Shown here: positions 37,798 to 45,604 of the stretch, in pieces
Layout: every line of letters begins with the position of its first letter
Position numbering within the stretch: the first letter of the stretch is position 1
Assembly (NCBI GenBank): GCA_026995935.1
Contig: JALWNK010000023.1
Span: 2,810 to 66,809, forward strand
Reading direction: 5' to 3'
Source of the DNA: Deltaproteobacteria bacterium
GTDB lineage: Bacteria > Desulfobacterota > Dissulfuribacteria > Dissulfuribacterales > QOAL01
DNA: 64,000 nucleotides
Notes under the pieces: generated by a model
Seen by the model: only the letters and a program-made list of their open reading frames with translations
Database searches by the model: none
Told to the model about the DNA's origin: nothing
Program-made: the position numbers and the translations under genes

Positions 37798-38654
37798 CCT
37801 GTGACGTTGGAATCGTAAGCTACAGGTGTTTTGAAGGCCTTTCCAGCTGTCTTGAAAGCCTCTTAAGGGTGGAAAGGCTCTTTTTAGGAAGGGTAATTGT
37901 TGTGGAAAATGGCCCCAGGGATTTTCCTCCTACGCTTCTAGAGAGGTTTCCAGGGGTTACTTTCCATAAAAACAGGGAAAACGCTGGCTTTGCAAGGGCA
38001 TGCAACCAGATAATCAGGCGCTCTGAGGCGCCCTACATCTGCCTTTTGAATCCAGATACGGTCTTGACAGCTCCTTTTATTGGAGAGGCTTCCCGATTTT
38101 TGGACGAACACAAGGATGTTGCAGTCCTTGGCCCAAAAATTGTAAATCCAGACGGAACGGTTCAGGGCTCTGCAAGGGGTTTTCCCGCCCTTTCAACGGC
38201 CTTTTTTGGAAGGACATCCTTCATTACAAGGCTAATTCCTCAAAATCCCGTCTCAAGAAAAAATATCAGGACCACAGAATCTGCAAGTGAACCAGTTGAG
38301 GTTGACTGGGTTTCCGGCGCCTGCATGGTGGTGAGAAAGACGGCCATCGAGCAGGTGGGTATGCTTGACCAGGGCTTTTTCATGTACTGGGAGGACTGTG
38401 ACTGGTGCACAAGGTTCAGGCAGGCAGGCTGGAAGGTCATCTACCATCCGGGCCTAGGCCCTGTTGAACATGCCACAGGCTCCTGCAGTAAAAATGCACG
38501 TATAAAGAGTCTCTACTGGTTTCATAAAAGCGCCGTAAGGCTCTATGTAAAGTATGATGCCACGCCTTTCAGGATTGGTTCGGCACTGGCTGTCCTTGGT
38601 GGCATCTTGCGTTTTCTCATCTTCCTTCCAGGTGCGCTTGTTTTCAAAAGATAA
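37794..38654 (+). CDS. family 2 glycosyltransferase
   Basis: The GTG at 37794 overlaps the regulator stop as GTGA (the ORF track starts at 37782). VSYRC...VVENG..., NAGFARACN, LLNPDT and the FFMYWEDCDWCTRFRQAGW pattern are typical of GT2 rhamnosyltransferase-like enzymes. Confidence 0.8.
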   Translation: MTCDVGIVSYRCFEGLSSCLESLLRVERLFLGRVIVVENGPRDFPPTLLERFPGVTFHKNRENAGFARACNQIIRRSEAPYICLLNPDTVLTAPFIGEASRFLDEHKDVAVLGPKIVNPDGTVQGSARGFPALSTAFFGRTSFITRLIPQNPVSRKNIRTTESASEPVEVDWVSGACMVVRKTAIEQVGMLDQGFFMYWEDCDWCTRFRQAGWKVIYHPGLGPVEHATGSCSKNARIKSLYWFHKSAVRLYVKYDATPFRIGSALAVLGGILRFLIFLPGALVFKR

Positions 38655-38700
38655 CCCTTTCTTTTTCCCGGAGAGCATTGGGTGGCACTTTGTTAGTGTA

Positions 38701-38753
38701 AATTAGTAGCACGAAAAAAAAATATTGACTACTAATTGTGTGCACCTTATGCT
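38701..38753 (+). promoter_or_regulatory. candidate sigma-70 promoter (TTGACT-N17-TATGCT) overlapped by 9-bp inverted repeat AATTAGTAG-N19-CTACTAATT
   Basis: -35 at 38725-38730 and -10 at 38748-38753. Perfect inverted arms at 38701-38709 and 38729-38737 straddle the -35, an operator-like arrangement upstream of the nik/cbi operon. Confidence 0.4.
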
Positions 38754-38782
38754 GAACAAAACTCCAAGGAGGTGTGAACAGG

Positions 38783-39553
38783 ATGAAGTGGGCGGTATCA
38801 GTGGCTTTATTATTTTATTCCCTTTTTGCGTGCGTTGCCTTTTCCTTTGCCCATTTCGGGGTGATCCTTCCATCAAGAGACGTTGTTGACGCACCAAACC
38901 AGGGCAGACTGCAGCTTCAACTCCAGTTCATGCATCCATTTGATTACGAATTCATGGACCTTGAACGCCCAAAGGCCTTTGGGGTTGTGGTTAATGGAAA
39001 GAAGAAAGACCTTGCTTCAACCCTTAGACCCGAGACGATAAAAGCCCACAAGGCCTGGAGTGCAACGTACCAGGTTTCCTCCCCTGGAGATCACATATTT
39101 TTCATGGTGCCAAAGCCATACTGGGAGCCTGCAGAAGACACCTACATTCAGCACCTTACAAAGGTGGTGGTTGGTGCCTTTGGCCTTGAAGATGGATGGA
39201 GAAGACCCATAGGCCTAAAGGCAGAGATTGTGCCCCTTACAAGGCCCTATGGACTCTGGAAGGGAAATCTCTTTTGTGGCAAGGTCCTCTTGGATGGAAG
39301 GCCAAGCCCTGGAACCAGGGTTGAAGTTGAATATTACAACAAGAATGGCACTCTTCACGCCCCATCTCCCGTTTTTACTACCCAGACCCTTTTTACAGGA
39401 AGGGATGGGAGCTTTTGTTATGCGATTCCAAGGGCAGGCTGGTGGGGATTTGCTGCCCTTAACTCCCTTCCAGGTGCATTAAAAAGGAAGGGTAGACCGG
39501 TTGACCTTGAGATTGGCGCAGTCATCTGGGTCCATGCAGTGGAGGTGCGCTGA
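38783..39553 (+). CDS. periplasmic DUF4198 / NikK(CbiK)-type metal-transport accessory protein
   Basis: ATG at 38783 (RBS AAGGAGG 10 nt upstream; the ORF track GTG is at 38774). Signal peptide ends ...FSFA|HFGVILPS, with the mature N-terminal His typical of this family. First gene of the M-Q-O operon. Confidence 0.7.
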   Translation: MKWAVSVALLFYSLFACVAFSFAHFGVILPSRDVVDAPNQGRLQLQLQFMHPFDYEFMDLERPKAFGVVVNGKKKDLASTLRPETIKAHKAWSATYQVSSPGDHIFFMVPKPYWEPAEDTYIQHLTKVVVGAFGLEDGWRRPIGLKAEIVPLTRPYGLWKGNLFCGKVLLDGRPSPGTRVEVEYYNKNGTLHAPSPVFTTQTLFTGRDGSFCYAIPRAGWWGFAALNSLPGALKRKGRPVDLEIGAVIWVHAVEVR

Positions 39554-39555
39554 CA

Positions 39556-40824
39556 ATGCACATATCTGAGGGCGTCCTTTCCGTACCTGTACTTGCGGCA
39601 GGGGCTGCCATAACCGTAGCTGGGCTTGCAGTTGGGATAAGGAAGGTGCCTCCAAAGGAACTTCCAAAGGTTGCGCTTCTGACTGCCGCCTTTTTTGTCG
39701 CAAGCCTGGTACATGTTCCCATAGGCCCTTCAAACGCCCACCTTGTCTTAAACGGCCTTCTTGGGGTGCTCCTTGGATGGGCGGCATTCCCAGCCATATT
39801 CATCGGCCTTGTTCTTCAGGCCGTACTCTTCCAGTTTGGAGGCCTTACCACCCTGGGTGTTAATACTGCCAACATGGCGATTCCAGGGGTAGTCTTTGGA
39901 CTTATCGCGAGGAGGTTCCTGAGCCTTGAAAGGTCCACTTTTTCCGCAGTAATTGCAGGCTTTGCAGGCGGCATGAGTGTCCTAGGCTCAGGACTCCTAG
40001 TGGCCATAAGCCTAGGCCTTTCCGGGGACAGCTTTTCCCTGGTTTCAAGGCTCATATTTACCGCACACGTCCCAATTGCCCTTGTTGAGGCCTTTATCAC
40101 TGGCTTTTCAGTAAGGTTTCTCCTCAGAGTAAGACCGGAGATGGTTGGCTGCACCACCCCTTTAAAAACGGAGGAAAGTGCTAAAAAGACGTTGAATGCG
40201 GCCCTTCTTGCCCTGATTGTCTTCTTGATGATTGTGCCTCAAGGTGCCCAGGCCCACAGGGTTAACCTCTTTGCCTGGTTTGACGGAGAAAACATAGTGG
40301 GCAGGGCCTACTATTTAAACGGAAGGCCTGCCATGGAGGCAGTTCTAAAGGTGAAAAAAGAGGACTCCACGGAAAGTTTCCATTTAAAGACGGACAAAGA
40401 GGGCAGGTTCAGCTTTACGCCAAAGGGTCCAGGGAACTATGAACTTGTGCTTCAGGCAGGCCAGGGACACATGGCCAAGGCTGTTGTGAAGATAAAACCT
40501 GTTACAGCATCCAGATCCAGTAAAGGCAATGGGTCAGCGCAAGGCAATGCGGATGCAAAAGCCGCATTTTATAAAGAAAAAGAAAAACCACCCAAAGAGG
40601 ATTCAGTGATAAAAGGGGTTCCAGGTTCTATAAAAAAGTGTCAAGACATGGAAAAGACCCTGGACAGGCTGCTGAGAAGGCAGCTTGAGCCCATAAGGCG
40701 CGAGCTTGAGGCCCTTGCTGTCTCCCAGAGCAAGGTCACCTTGAGGGACGTGATATCAGGCCTTGGATACATTTTGGGGATAGTTGGCATATGGGCGTAC
40801 CTTTTATCAAGGAGGGGGAAATAG
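39556..40824 (+). CDS. cbiM: CbiM/NikM ECF substrate-capture component fused to a NikL-like module (TM + periplasmic beta-sandwich + coiled coil + TM)
   Basis: 422 aa. The N-terminus MHISEGVLS is the metal-ligating CbiM/NikM signature, followed by ~6 TM helices. aa ~215-422 add a TM, a domain HRVNLFAWFDGENIVGRAYY...KEGRFSFTPKGPGNYELVL, and a C-terminal TM. Confidence 0.8.
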   Translation: MHISEGVLSVPVLAAGAAITVAGLAVGIRKVPPKELPKVALLTAAFFVASLVHVPIGPSNAHLVLNGLLGVLLGWAAFPAIFIGLVLQAVLFQFGGLTTLGVNTANMAIPGVVFGLIARRFLSLERSTFSAVIAGFAGGMSVLGSGLLVAISLGLSGDSFSLVSRLIFTAHVPIALVEAFITGFSVRFLLRVRPEMVGCTTPLKTEESAKKTLNAALLALIVFLMIVPQGAQAHRVNLFAWFDGENIVGRAYYLNGRPAMEAVLKVKKEDSTESFHLKTDKEGRFSFTPKGPGNYELVLQAGQGHMAKAVVKIKPVTASRSSKGNGSAQGNADAKAAFYKEKEKPPKEDSVIKGVPGSIKKCQDMEKTLDRLLRRQLEPIRRELEALAVSQSKVTLRDVISGLGYILGIVGIWAYLLSRRGK

Positions 40825-40827
40825 CCC

Positions 40828-41580
40828 ATGACCTGCGAGCACATGGCCCAAGGGAAATCCCTGCTTCACCGGGCAGATCCAAGGGTAAAGATCATTATTG
40901 CCCTTTTGCTGTCTCTTGAGGTGGTGTTTCTAAGCTCTCTCACCCCCCTCTTTCTGGCCCTTGTTTCTGCGGCTTTCATGCTTTTATCCACCAGAATCGA
41001 CACACGGCTTCTCCTTAAAAGGCTTTTAGTGGTAAATATCTTTGTGGTTCTCCTTTGGCTTATCATACCCTTTTCAACGCCCGGGCCCGCACTCTTCACC
41101 CTTGGCCCTTTCACTTTGACCTCAACGGGTCTTCTGCTTTGTCTTGTTATTACTCTGAAGTGTAATGCAATAGTCATGTTCAATATCTCCCTTCTTTCCA
41201 CTTCCACCGTCTTTGCCCTGGCCCATGCCCTGGATCATCTCAAGGTTCCTTCCGTGCTTGTCCAGCTCTTTTTCTTCTCGTGGCGCTACCTTCATGTTCT
41301 TGAAGAGGAATATAGGAGAATAAAAAGGGCAGCAGAGCTAAGGGGTTTCAAGCCCGGAACTAATCTTTTTACCTACAGGACCTATGCAAATATCCTTGGA
41401 ACCCTATTTGTAAGAAGCTACGACAGGGGCCAGAGGGTTTACTGGGCAATGGTCTGCAGGGGCTTTGACGGGACCTTTTGGCTTCTATCGCACTTTAGAT
41501 TAAGGCGTACGGACTTTCTTCTCATGTCTTCTACAGCCCTTTTGTCAACGTCCCTTCTGTTCATTCAGTGGAGGAATTAA
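40828..41580 (+). CDS. cbiQ: ECF transporter T component (CbiQ/NikQ)
   Basis: 250 aa. LHRADPRVKII start and an ELRGF motif region (RRIKRAAELRGFKPG) typical of CbiQ/EcfT. Confidence 0.8.
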   Translation: MTCEHMAQGKSLLHRADPRVKIIIALLLSLEVVFLSSLTPLFLALVSAAFMLLSTRIDTRLLLKRLLVVNIFVVLLWLIIPFSTPGPALFTLGPFTLTSTGLLLCLVITLKCNAIVMFNISLLSTSTVFALAHALDHLKVPSVLVQLFFFSWRYLHVLEEEYRRIKRAAELRGFKPGTNLFTYRTYANILGTLFVRSYDRGQRVYWAMVCRGFDGTFWLLSHFRLRRTDFLLMSSTALLSTSLLFIQWRN

Positions 41581-42243
41581 TTGTCTCTTATAGATCTAAA
41601 AAATATATCCTTTGGCTATCCAAACTGCGGCCTTGTCTTGTCAAATCTTGATTTCAAGGTGGATGAGGGCGAAAAAATTGCGCTTTTAGGCGGAAACGGT
41701 GCTGGCAAGACCACCCTTTTTTACATAATCTTAGGCCTCCTTAGTCCCTTTTCAGGAGAAGTTGAACTTTTTGGAAAAAGGTGCATAACAGAAAAGGATT
41801 TTTCAGGCCCACGAAAGAGGATAGGCCTTCTTTTTCAAGATCCAGACGACCAGCTCTTTTCTCCCTCTGTCATAGAGGATGTGTCCTTTGGCCCCCTGAA
41901 CCTGGGTATGAACAGGAAGGAGGCCCTTGAGATATCAAGATACTGGCTGGAAAGGCTTGGCATCCTGCATCTAGAAAAACGGGTGCCTTATGAGCTTTCT
42001 GGCGGAGAGAAAAAGCTTGTTGCCCTTGCATCGGTACTTTCCATGGGCCCAGATGTGCTCCTTCTGGATGAACCCATGGCAGGCCTTGAAAAAAGGGCAG
42101 TGGAGAGATTTCTTTCCGTTTTGAAAGATGAGAGCTTCAAGGCCTTTGTTGTAATTACCCACATGCCCAGATTCCTTGAAGGCGAAATCACTAGGACGCT
42201 TTTCCTGGAAAGGGGAAGGCTCAGCCCAGTGCGTTCCTGTTAA
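41581..42243 (+). CDS. cbiO: ECF transporter ATPase (CbiO/NikO)
   Basis: 220 aa with a TTG start abutting the cbiQ stop. Walker A GGNGAGKTT, signature LSGGEKK and Walker B LLLDEP. Confidence 0.88.
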   Translation: MSLIDLKNISFGYPNCGLVLSNLDFKVDEGEKIALLGGNGAGKTTLFYIILGLLSPFSGEVELFGKRCITEKDFSGPRKRIGLLFQDPDDQLFSPSVIEDVSFGPLNLGMNRKEALEISRYWLERLGILHLEKRVPYELSGGEKKLVALASVLSMGPDVLLLDEPMAGLEKRAVERFLSVLKDESFKAFVVITHMPRFLEGEITRTLFLERGRLSPVRSC

Positions 42244-42303
42244 ATTGCACTATCTCCTCCAGGGTCACCCCTTTTCCTCCGAATATGTCAAGGGCAGTTC
42301 CAA
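41940..42303 (+). repeat. direct repeat copy 1 (364 bp): cbiO 3' end plus hisA 3' fragment
   Basis: Aligns without gaps to 44553-44916 (offset 2613 bp) with 18 mismatches by manual alignment, or 95% identity. Confidence 0.92.
42221..42303 (-). pseudogene. orphan 3' fragment of hisA (last ~27 codons)
   Basis: Homologous to 44834-44916. Reads ...QFNRNALG* versus ...QFNKKALG* in the intact gene. Truncated at the repeat boundary 42303. Confidence 0.7.
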
Positions 42304-42307
42304 GTGA

Positions 42308-42510
42308 CATAGAGTAAAAGGGGGAACAAGGGGAAGAGGATCCCGTTCAAGAGTAAAGTCAAGGATTGAGCATGTATTTGGTGTTCAATTTCAAAAGGCT
42401 GGAAAATTGACAGTGCGGACAATTGAAAAGGCCCGAGCTTTTTCAAGATTGGGCTAAGAAATCTTGCCTACAATTTTGACCGTTACAGTCTTCTTGCGTC
42501 CAGAGCATAA
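42308..42510 (+). mobile_element. IS5/IS4-type (DDE_Tnp_1) transposase C-terminal remnant, 5'-truncated and frameshifted
   Basis: Frame A reads ...SRSRVKSRIEHVFGVQFQKAGKLTVRTIEKARAFSRLG*. The -1 frame continues FFKIGLRNLAYNFDRYSLL*. Together these resemble the conserved R-x-x-[VI]EHxFG...LAYNxxR transposase tail. The frame break lies at the T5 run near 42440. The remnant begins 4 nt after the repeat boundary. Confidence 0.55.
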
Positions 42511-42835
42511 AAATAAGGCAAAAAATAGAATAGCACCATGTAGAAGTGATGGAAAACACGAAAAAGGCCAAAAATTCAATGGGCCGAATAGTTTTGTTCT
42601 GGATGACTATATCAAAGCCAAATCTGAAATTGGATTCTTAGAGGTTCCCTAAAGGATATATTTGAATACTGGAAAAATGATTTATTTGTATATGTGTTAA
42701 TAATATTATTCATTTCGTTGAGGATTATATCACTATAAAAACTATTAACTATACTTATAAAAAATAAATTCAATATCAGATAGTTAGATTTCTTAATTAA
42801 TTATTGGTTTAATAATATAAAAAAACAAAGAATTT

Positions 42836-44062
42836 TTACCAGCTATCTCCCGGAGTTATAGCACCTCCTTCATCCATTCCCTGGTTGTTTCCACCATTAT
42901 CTGTTCCTGTCTGGTTTCCGGAATCTCCGCTATTGTTTCCTGGGTTTCCTCCGATGTCATTGTCTCCTCCAGAGTCGTTTGTTCCGTTATTTATATTTCC
43001 TGTAGAATCGTCGCCTCCAGGATTGTCGTTTCCGCCACCGTTTCCGGTTGGTGTTGTTCCGGTGTCTTGACCTGTATCGTAGCCGTCATGACCAGAATCG
43101 TTTATTGAGGTATTGTTATTTTTCCCGTATGGGTGGTTTTGGGGAGTATGAGCTGTATCAGAGTTTGTTTCTTCTTCATTAATAACAATTTCTTCTGTTT
43201 CCAGTCCCGTCCATTTTTGTTTTATTATTGCAAATTTGGACTTTATATAATTGTTTGTACCACCTAACAAATATATTCCTAATTTCCTCAATACCCCTAA
43301 TGGTGTATCATTATAATTGGTGATTCCATTTATCTCTACGTTCTTTGGTAGGTATCCCATTCCACTTAAAGCTTGCCCGTAAATGGTTTGGTCAATAGGT
43401 ACCTGTAATGAAATCGTTTCTCCCACAGTATTTAAATTGTATGATACATATCTATTTACTACAATCTGTTCTCCTGCTTCGTTTGTAGCCAATCTTTCGA
43501 TTAGTGCTGTTGCATATACAGTATTTCCTGTCTTGTAAAAGGTAAACCCCTTAATAGTATATTCTTCGGGAAGTTTCTGAGTAAAGATCTTTGCTATCTT
43601 ACCTTCCTGATTTAATCTGTATATTTCGATTAAATTTTCCTGTGTTCCATTGTTGTCCTGTTTTTTAAACAAGACTATGTCGTTTTTGTGTAACTCAAAA
43701 TTGGATTCTGGCTCTTTATAGAGGTTTAATAGACTAAAAATATTGTTTAAATTGGTTTTTGCAGGAACAACCTCTCCTGCAGTTATACCTGTTCCGAATA
43801 TATATGTTGCATTTACATCATATAAATGGCAATCGGTATCGTTTCCTTCTGCGAAATATACTTTAGTTAAAGGGCTTGTTCCATTTCCCTCACTTGTAAT
43901 TAAATAGGTATGGTTTCCATCGTTTAATAGAGCATCTATTGAATCATAAGGAATTATAGTTAATTCCCCTGGGCTTAGATCTTTTAAATCGCATGCATTA
44001 CCATTATGAGCCAGTGTTAATGCTAACAAAATTCCTGCAATTGATTTGAGAATTTGTTTCAT
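42836..44062 (-). CDS. orphan secreted protein with N/G/D-rich low-complexity C-terminal tail
   Basis: 408-aa ORF with RBS GGAGG and signal peptide MKQILKSIAGILLALTLAHNGNA. Visibly AT-rich relative to its surroundings. The last ~100 aa are G/N/D/T repeats (GNGGGNDNPGGDDSTGNINNGTNDSGGDNDIGGNPGNNSGDSGNQ...). No family recognised. Confidence 0.7.
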   Translation of the reverse strand: MKQILKSIAGILLALTLAHNGNACDLKDLSPGELTIIPYDSIDALLNDGNHTYLITSEGNGTSPLTKVYFAEGNDTDCHLYDVNATYIFGTGITAGEVVPAKTNLNNIFSLLNLYKEPESNFELHKNDIVLFKKQDNNGTQENLIEIYRLNQEGKIAKIFTQKLPEEYTIKGFTFYKTGNTVYATALIERLATNEAGEQIVVNRYVSYNLNTVGETISLQVPIDQTIYGQALSGMGYLPKNVEINGITNYNDTPLGVLRKLGIYLLGGTNNYIKSKFAIIKQKWTGLETEEIVINEEETNSDTAHTPQNHPYGKNNNTSINDSGHDGYDTGQDTGTTPTGNGGGNDNPGGDDSTGNINNGTNDSGGDNDIGGNPGNNSGDSGNQTGTDNGGNNQGMDEGGAITPGDSW

Positions 44063-44170
44063 TTTAATACCTCCAATTAGGTGAGGGGATAAGCGGTAGA
44101 ATTACTTTTCAACAATTAAGCCCGTGGAGGTAAAATATACCCTCCCCATCCAAGTTATAAACTGAAATTA

Positions 44171-44200
44171 TATTTAGACTGCCCTCTTGTTTTTGTCAAC
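44171..44200 (-). promoter_or_regulatory. candidate sigma-70 promoter TTGACA-N18-TAAATA for the orphan gene
   Basis: On the minus strand, the -35 TTGACA lies at 44200-44195 and the -10 TAAATA at 44176-44171, about 110 nt upstream of the ATG at 44062. Confidence 0.4.
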
Positions 44201-44552
44201 AAGGGGCATCCTGATCAATGAGCCCAACTTATCATTGCTAAAAAGTGGAGTAGTTTTGGTTTCCTAATTAATATTTAGAGCACTAAATGTTTTTGAACCT
44301 GAGGCAGAATGTAGTCGTTCTCTCGCCGTCGGCCCCTTCAGGTCCGGTGGGGAAAGGGGGGGCTTTAAAGGTGCGAAACGAAGTGGAGCATCCGAAGGGC
44401 TTGGCCTCGATAGATTCCCTGTCCATGCTACTTTGCTTTTTTCGAAAATGCGCAACTAGCTCCACAAAAATACGCTCATTGGTTCAATTGAAGCTTACCA
44501 CCGCTTGAATAATAGGTGTAATCCATGAGCGTCCTATTGATTTTTTTACATT

Positions 44553-44856
44553 ATACTGGCTAGACAGGCTTGGCATCCTGCATCTAGAAAAACGGGTGCC
44601 TTATGAGCTTTCTGGCGGAGAGAAAAAGCTTGTTGCCCTTGCCTCGGTACTTTCCATGGGCCCGGATGTGCTCCTCCTCGATGAACCCATGGCAGGCCTT
44701 GAAGAAAGGGCAGTGGAGAGATTTCTTTCCGTTTTAAAAGATGAGAGCTTCAAGGCCTTTGTTGTCATTACTCACATGCCCAGACTCCTTGAAGGCGAAA
44801 TCACTAGGGCGCTTTTCCTGGAAAGGGGAAGGCTCAGCCCAGGGCCTTCTTGTTAA
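44553..44856 (+). pseudogene. orphan 3' fragment of cbiO (last ~100 codons, no 5' part)
   Basis: Translation ...PYELSGGEKKLVALASVLSMGPDVLLLDEPMAGLEERAVERFL... differs from the CbiO C-terminus at 5 residues within the 86-aa ORF 44596-44856. It lacks Walker A and any upstream cbiQ. Confidence 0.85.
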
Positions 44857-44916
44857 ATTGCACTATCTCTTCCAGGGTCACCCCTTTTCCTCCGAATATG
44901 TCAAGGGCGCTTCCAA
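44553..44916 (+). repeat. direct repeat copy 2 (364 bp)
   Basis: See copy 1. This copy is contiguous with the intact hisA gene. Confidence 0.92.
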
Positions 44917-45604
44917 TGGTAAGATCAATCTTTTTATTGCCCCTTTCCTTCACCTTGTAGGCATCTTCAATGGACTTTGCGCCCCCGGCATAGGTGGTGG
45001 GTATGGGGCTTATCTGTCCAAGTATTTCCACAAGTTCAAGGTCAACGCCCTGGCACTTTCCTTCAACATCCACCCCGTGTACCAGGAATTCGCTGCAGTA
45101 GCCTGAGAGCCTTTCAAGGGTTTCCTCTCTTATCTCTTCTTTGGTGAAATTCTGCCACCTGTCTGTCACAACGAAGTACCTTCCATCCCTTTTTCTGCAG
45201 CTAAGGTCAAGGACGAGCCTTTCCCTGCCAACAAGCCCTGTGAGGCTTTTGAGCCTTTCCATGTCAATGAGGCCTTTGTAAAAGACAAAGGAGGTGACTA
45301 TCACGTGGCTTGCCCCCTTTTCCAGCCAAAAGCGTGCATTGTCAAGGTTTATGCCCCCGCCTATCTGCATGCCCAACGGCCATGCTGACAGGGCCTCAAG
45401 GGCCGCCTCTTCGTTTCCAGGCCCAAGCATTATGATGTGCCCACCTGTAAGGCCATGATTCTTGAAAAGGCGGGCATAAAAACCAGGGGATTTTTCAGAG
45501 ACAAAGTTTTCCCTCAGCTTAGACTCGTGCGTGTCTGAAAGGGTGGAACCTACTATCTGTTTTACCTTTCCTGCGTGTATGTCAATGCACGGTCTAATCT
45601 TCAT
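44834..45604 (-). CDS. hisA: phosphoribosylformimino-5-aminoimidazole carboxamide ribotide isomerase (HisA/His6 family)
   Basis: Start taken at MKIRPCIDIHAGKVKQIVG (45604); the ORF track start is 45637. (beta/alpha)8 phosphate-binding motifs (GGGI..., VEGKCQGVD, YAGGAKS). Confidence 0.85.
   Translation of the reverse strand: MKIRPCIDIHAGKVKQIVGSTLSDTHESKLRENFVSEKSPGFYARLFKNHGLTGGHIIMLGPGNEEAALEALSAWPLGMQIGGGINLDNARFWLEKGASHVIVTSFVFYKGLIDMERLKSLTGLVGRERLVLDLSCRKRDGRYFVVTDRWQNFTKEEIREETLERLSGYCSEFLVHGVDVEGKCQGVDLELVEILGQISPIPTTYAGGAKSIEDAYKVKERGNKKIDLTIGSALDIFGGKGVTLEEIVQFNKKALG

Noticed and set aside
38684-38699. TGGCAC-TTTGT-TAGTG upstream of the nik/cbi operon as a sigma-54 promoter, tempting because an NtrC-type regulator is encoded just upstream.
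   Set aside because: The -24 is perfect, but the -12 position reads TAGT with no GC dinucleotide at the required spacing. A sigma-70-like TTGACT-N17-TATGCT explains the region better.
38655-38782. Searched for a cobalamin riboswitch upstream of the cbi/nik operon, and upstream of the cobT/cobU-containing operon (23844-23951).
   Set aside because: The leaders are too short (under 130 nt) and contain no B12-box-like element that I could recognise. An Infernal scan would be needed for certainty.
42464-42652. 62-aa ORF and the other short ORFs (44264-44508) inside the insertion.
   Set aside because: The first overlaps the frameshifted transposase remnant. The others lie in the GC-rich structured block and have no RBS or motif. 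They are treated as non-coding.
44335-44362. CAGGTCCGGTGGGGAAAGG resembles the SRP/4.5S RNA helix-8 string CAGGUCCGGAAGGAAGC.
   Set aside because: The GNAR tetraloop context and the symmetric/asymmetric loop partners are absent, and no complementary 3' strand closes a helix 8. The location inside a foreign insertion also makes a genuine ffs gene unlikely.
44371-44380. GTGCGAAACG resembles a group II intron 5' end (GUGYG).
   Set aside because: No domain V-like sequence, no intron-encoded RT/maturase ORF, and no 3' AY boundary were found downstream. A five-base match is expected by chance.
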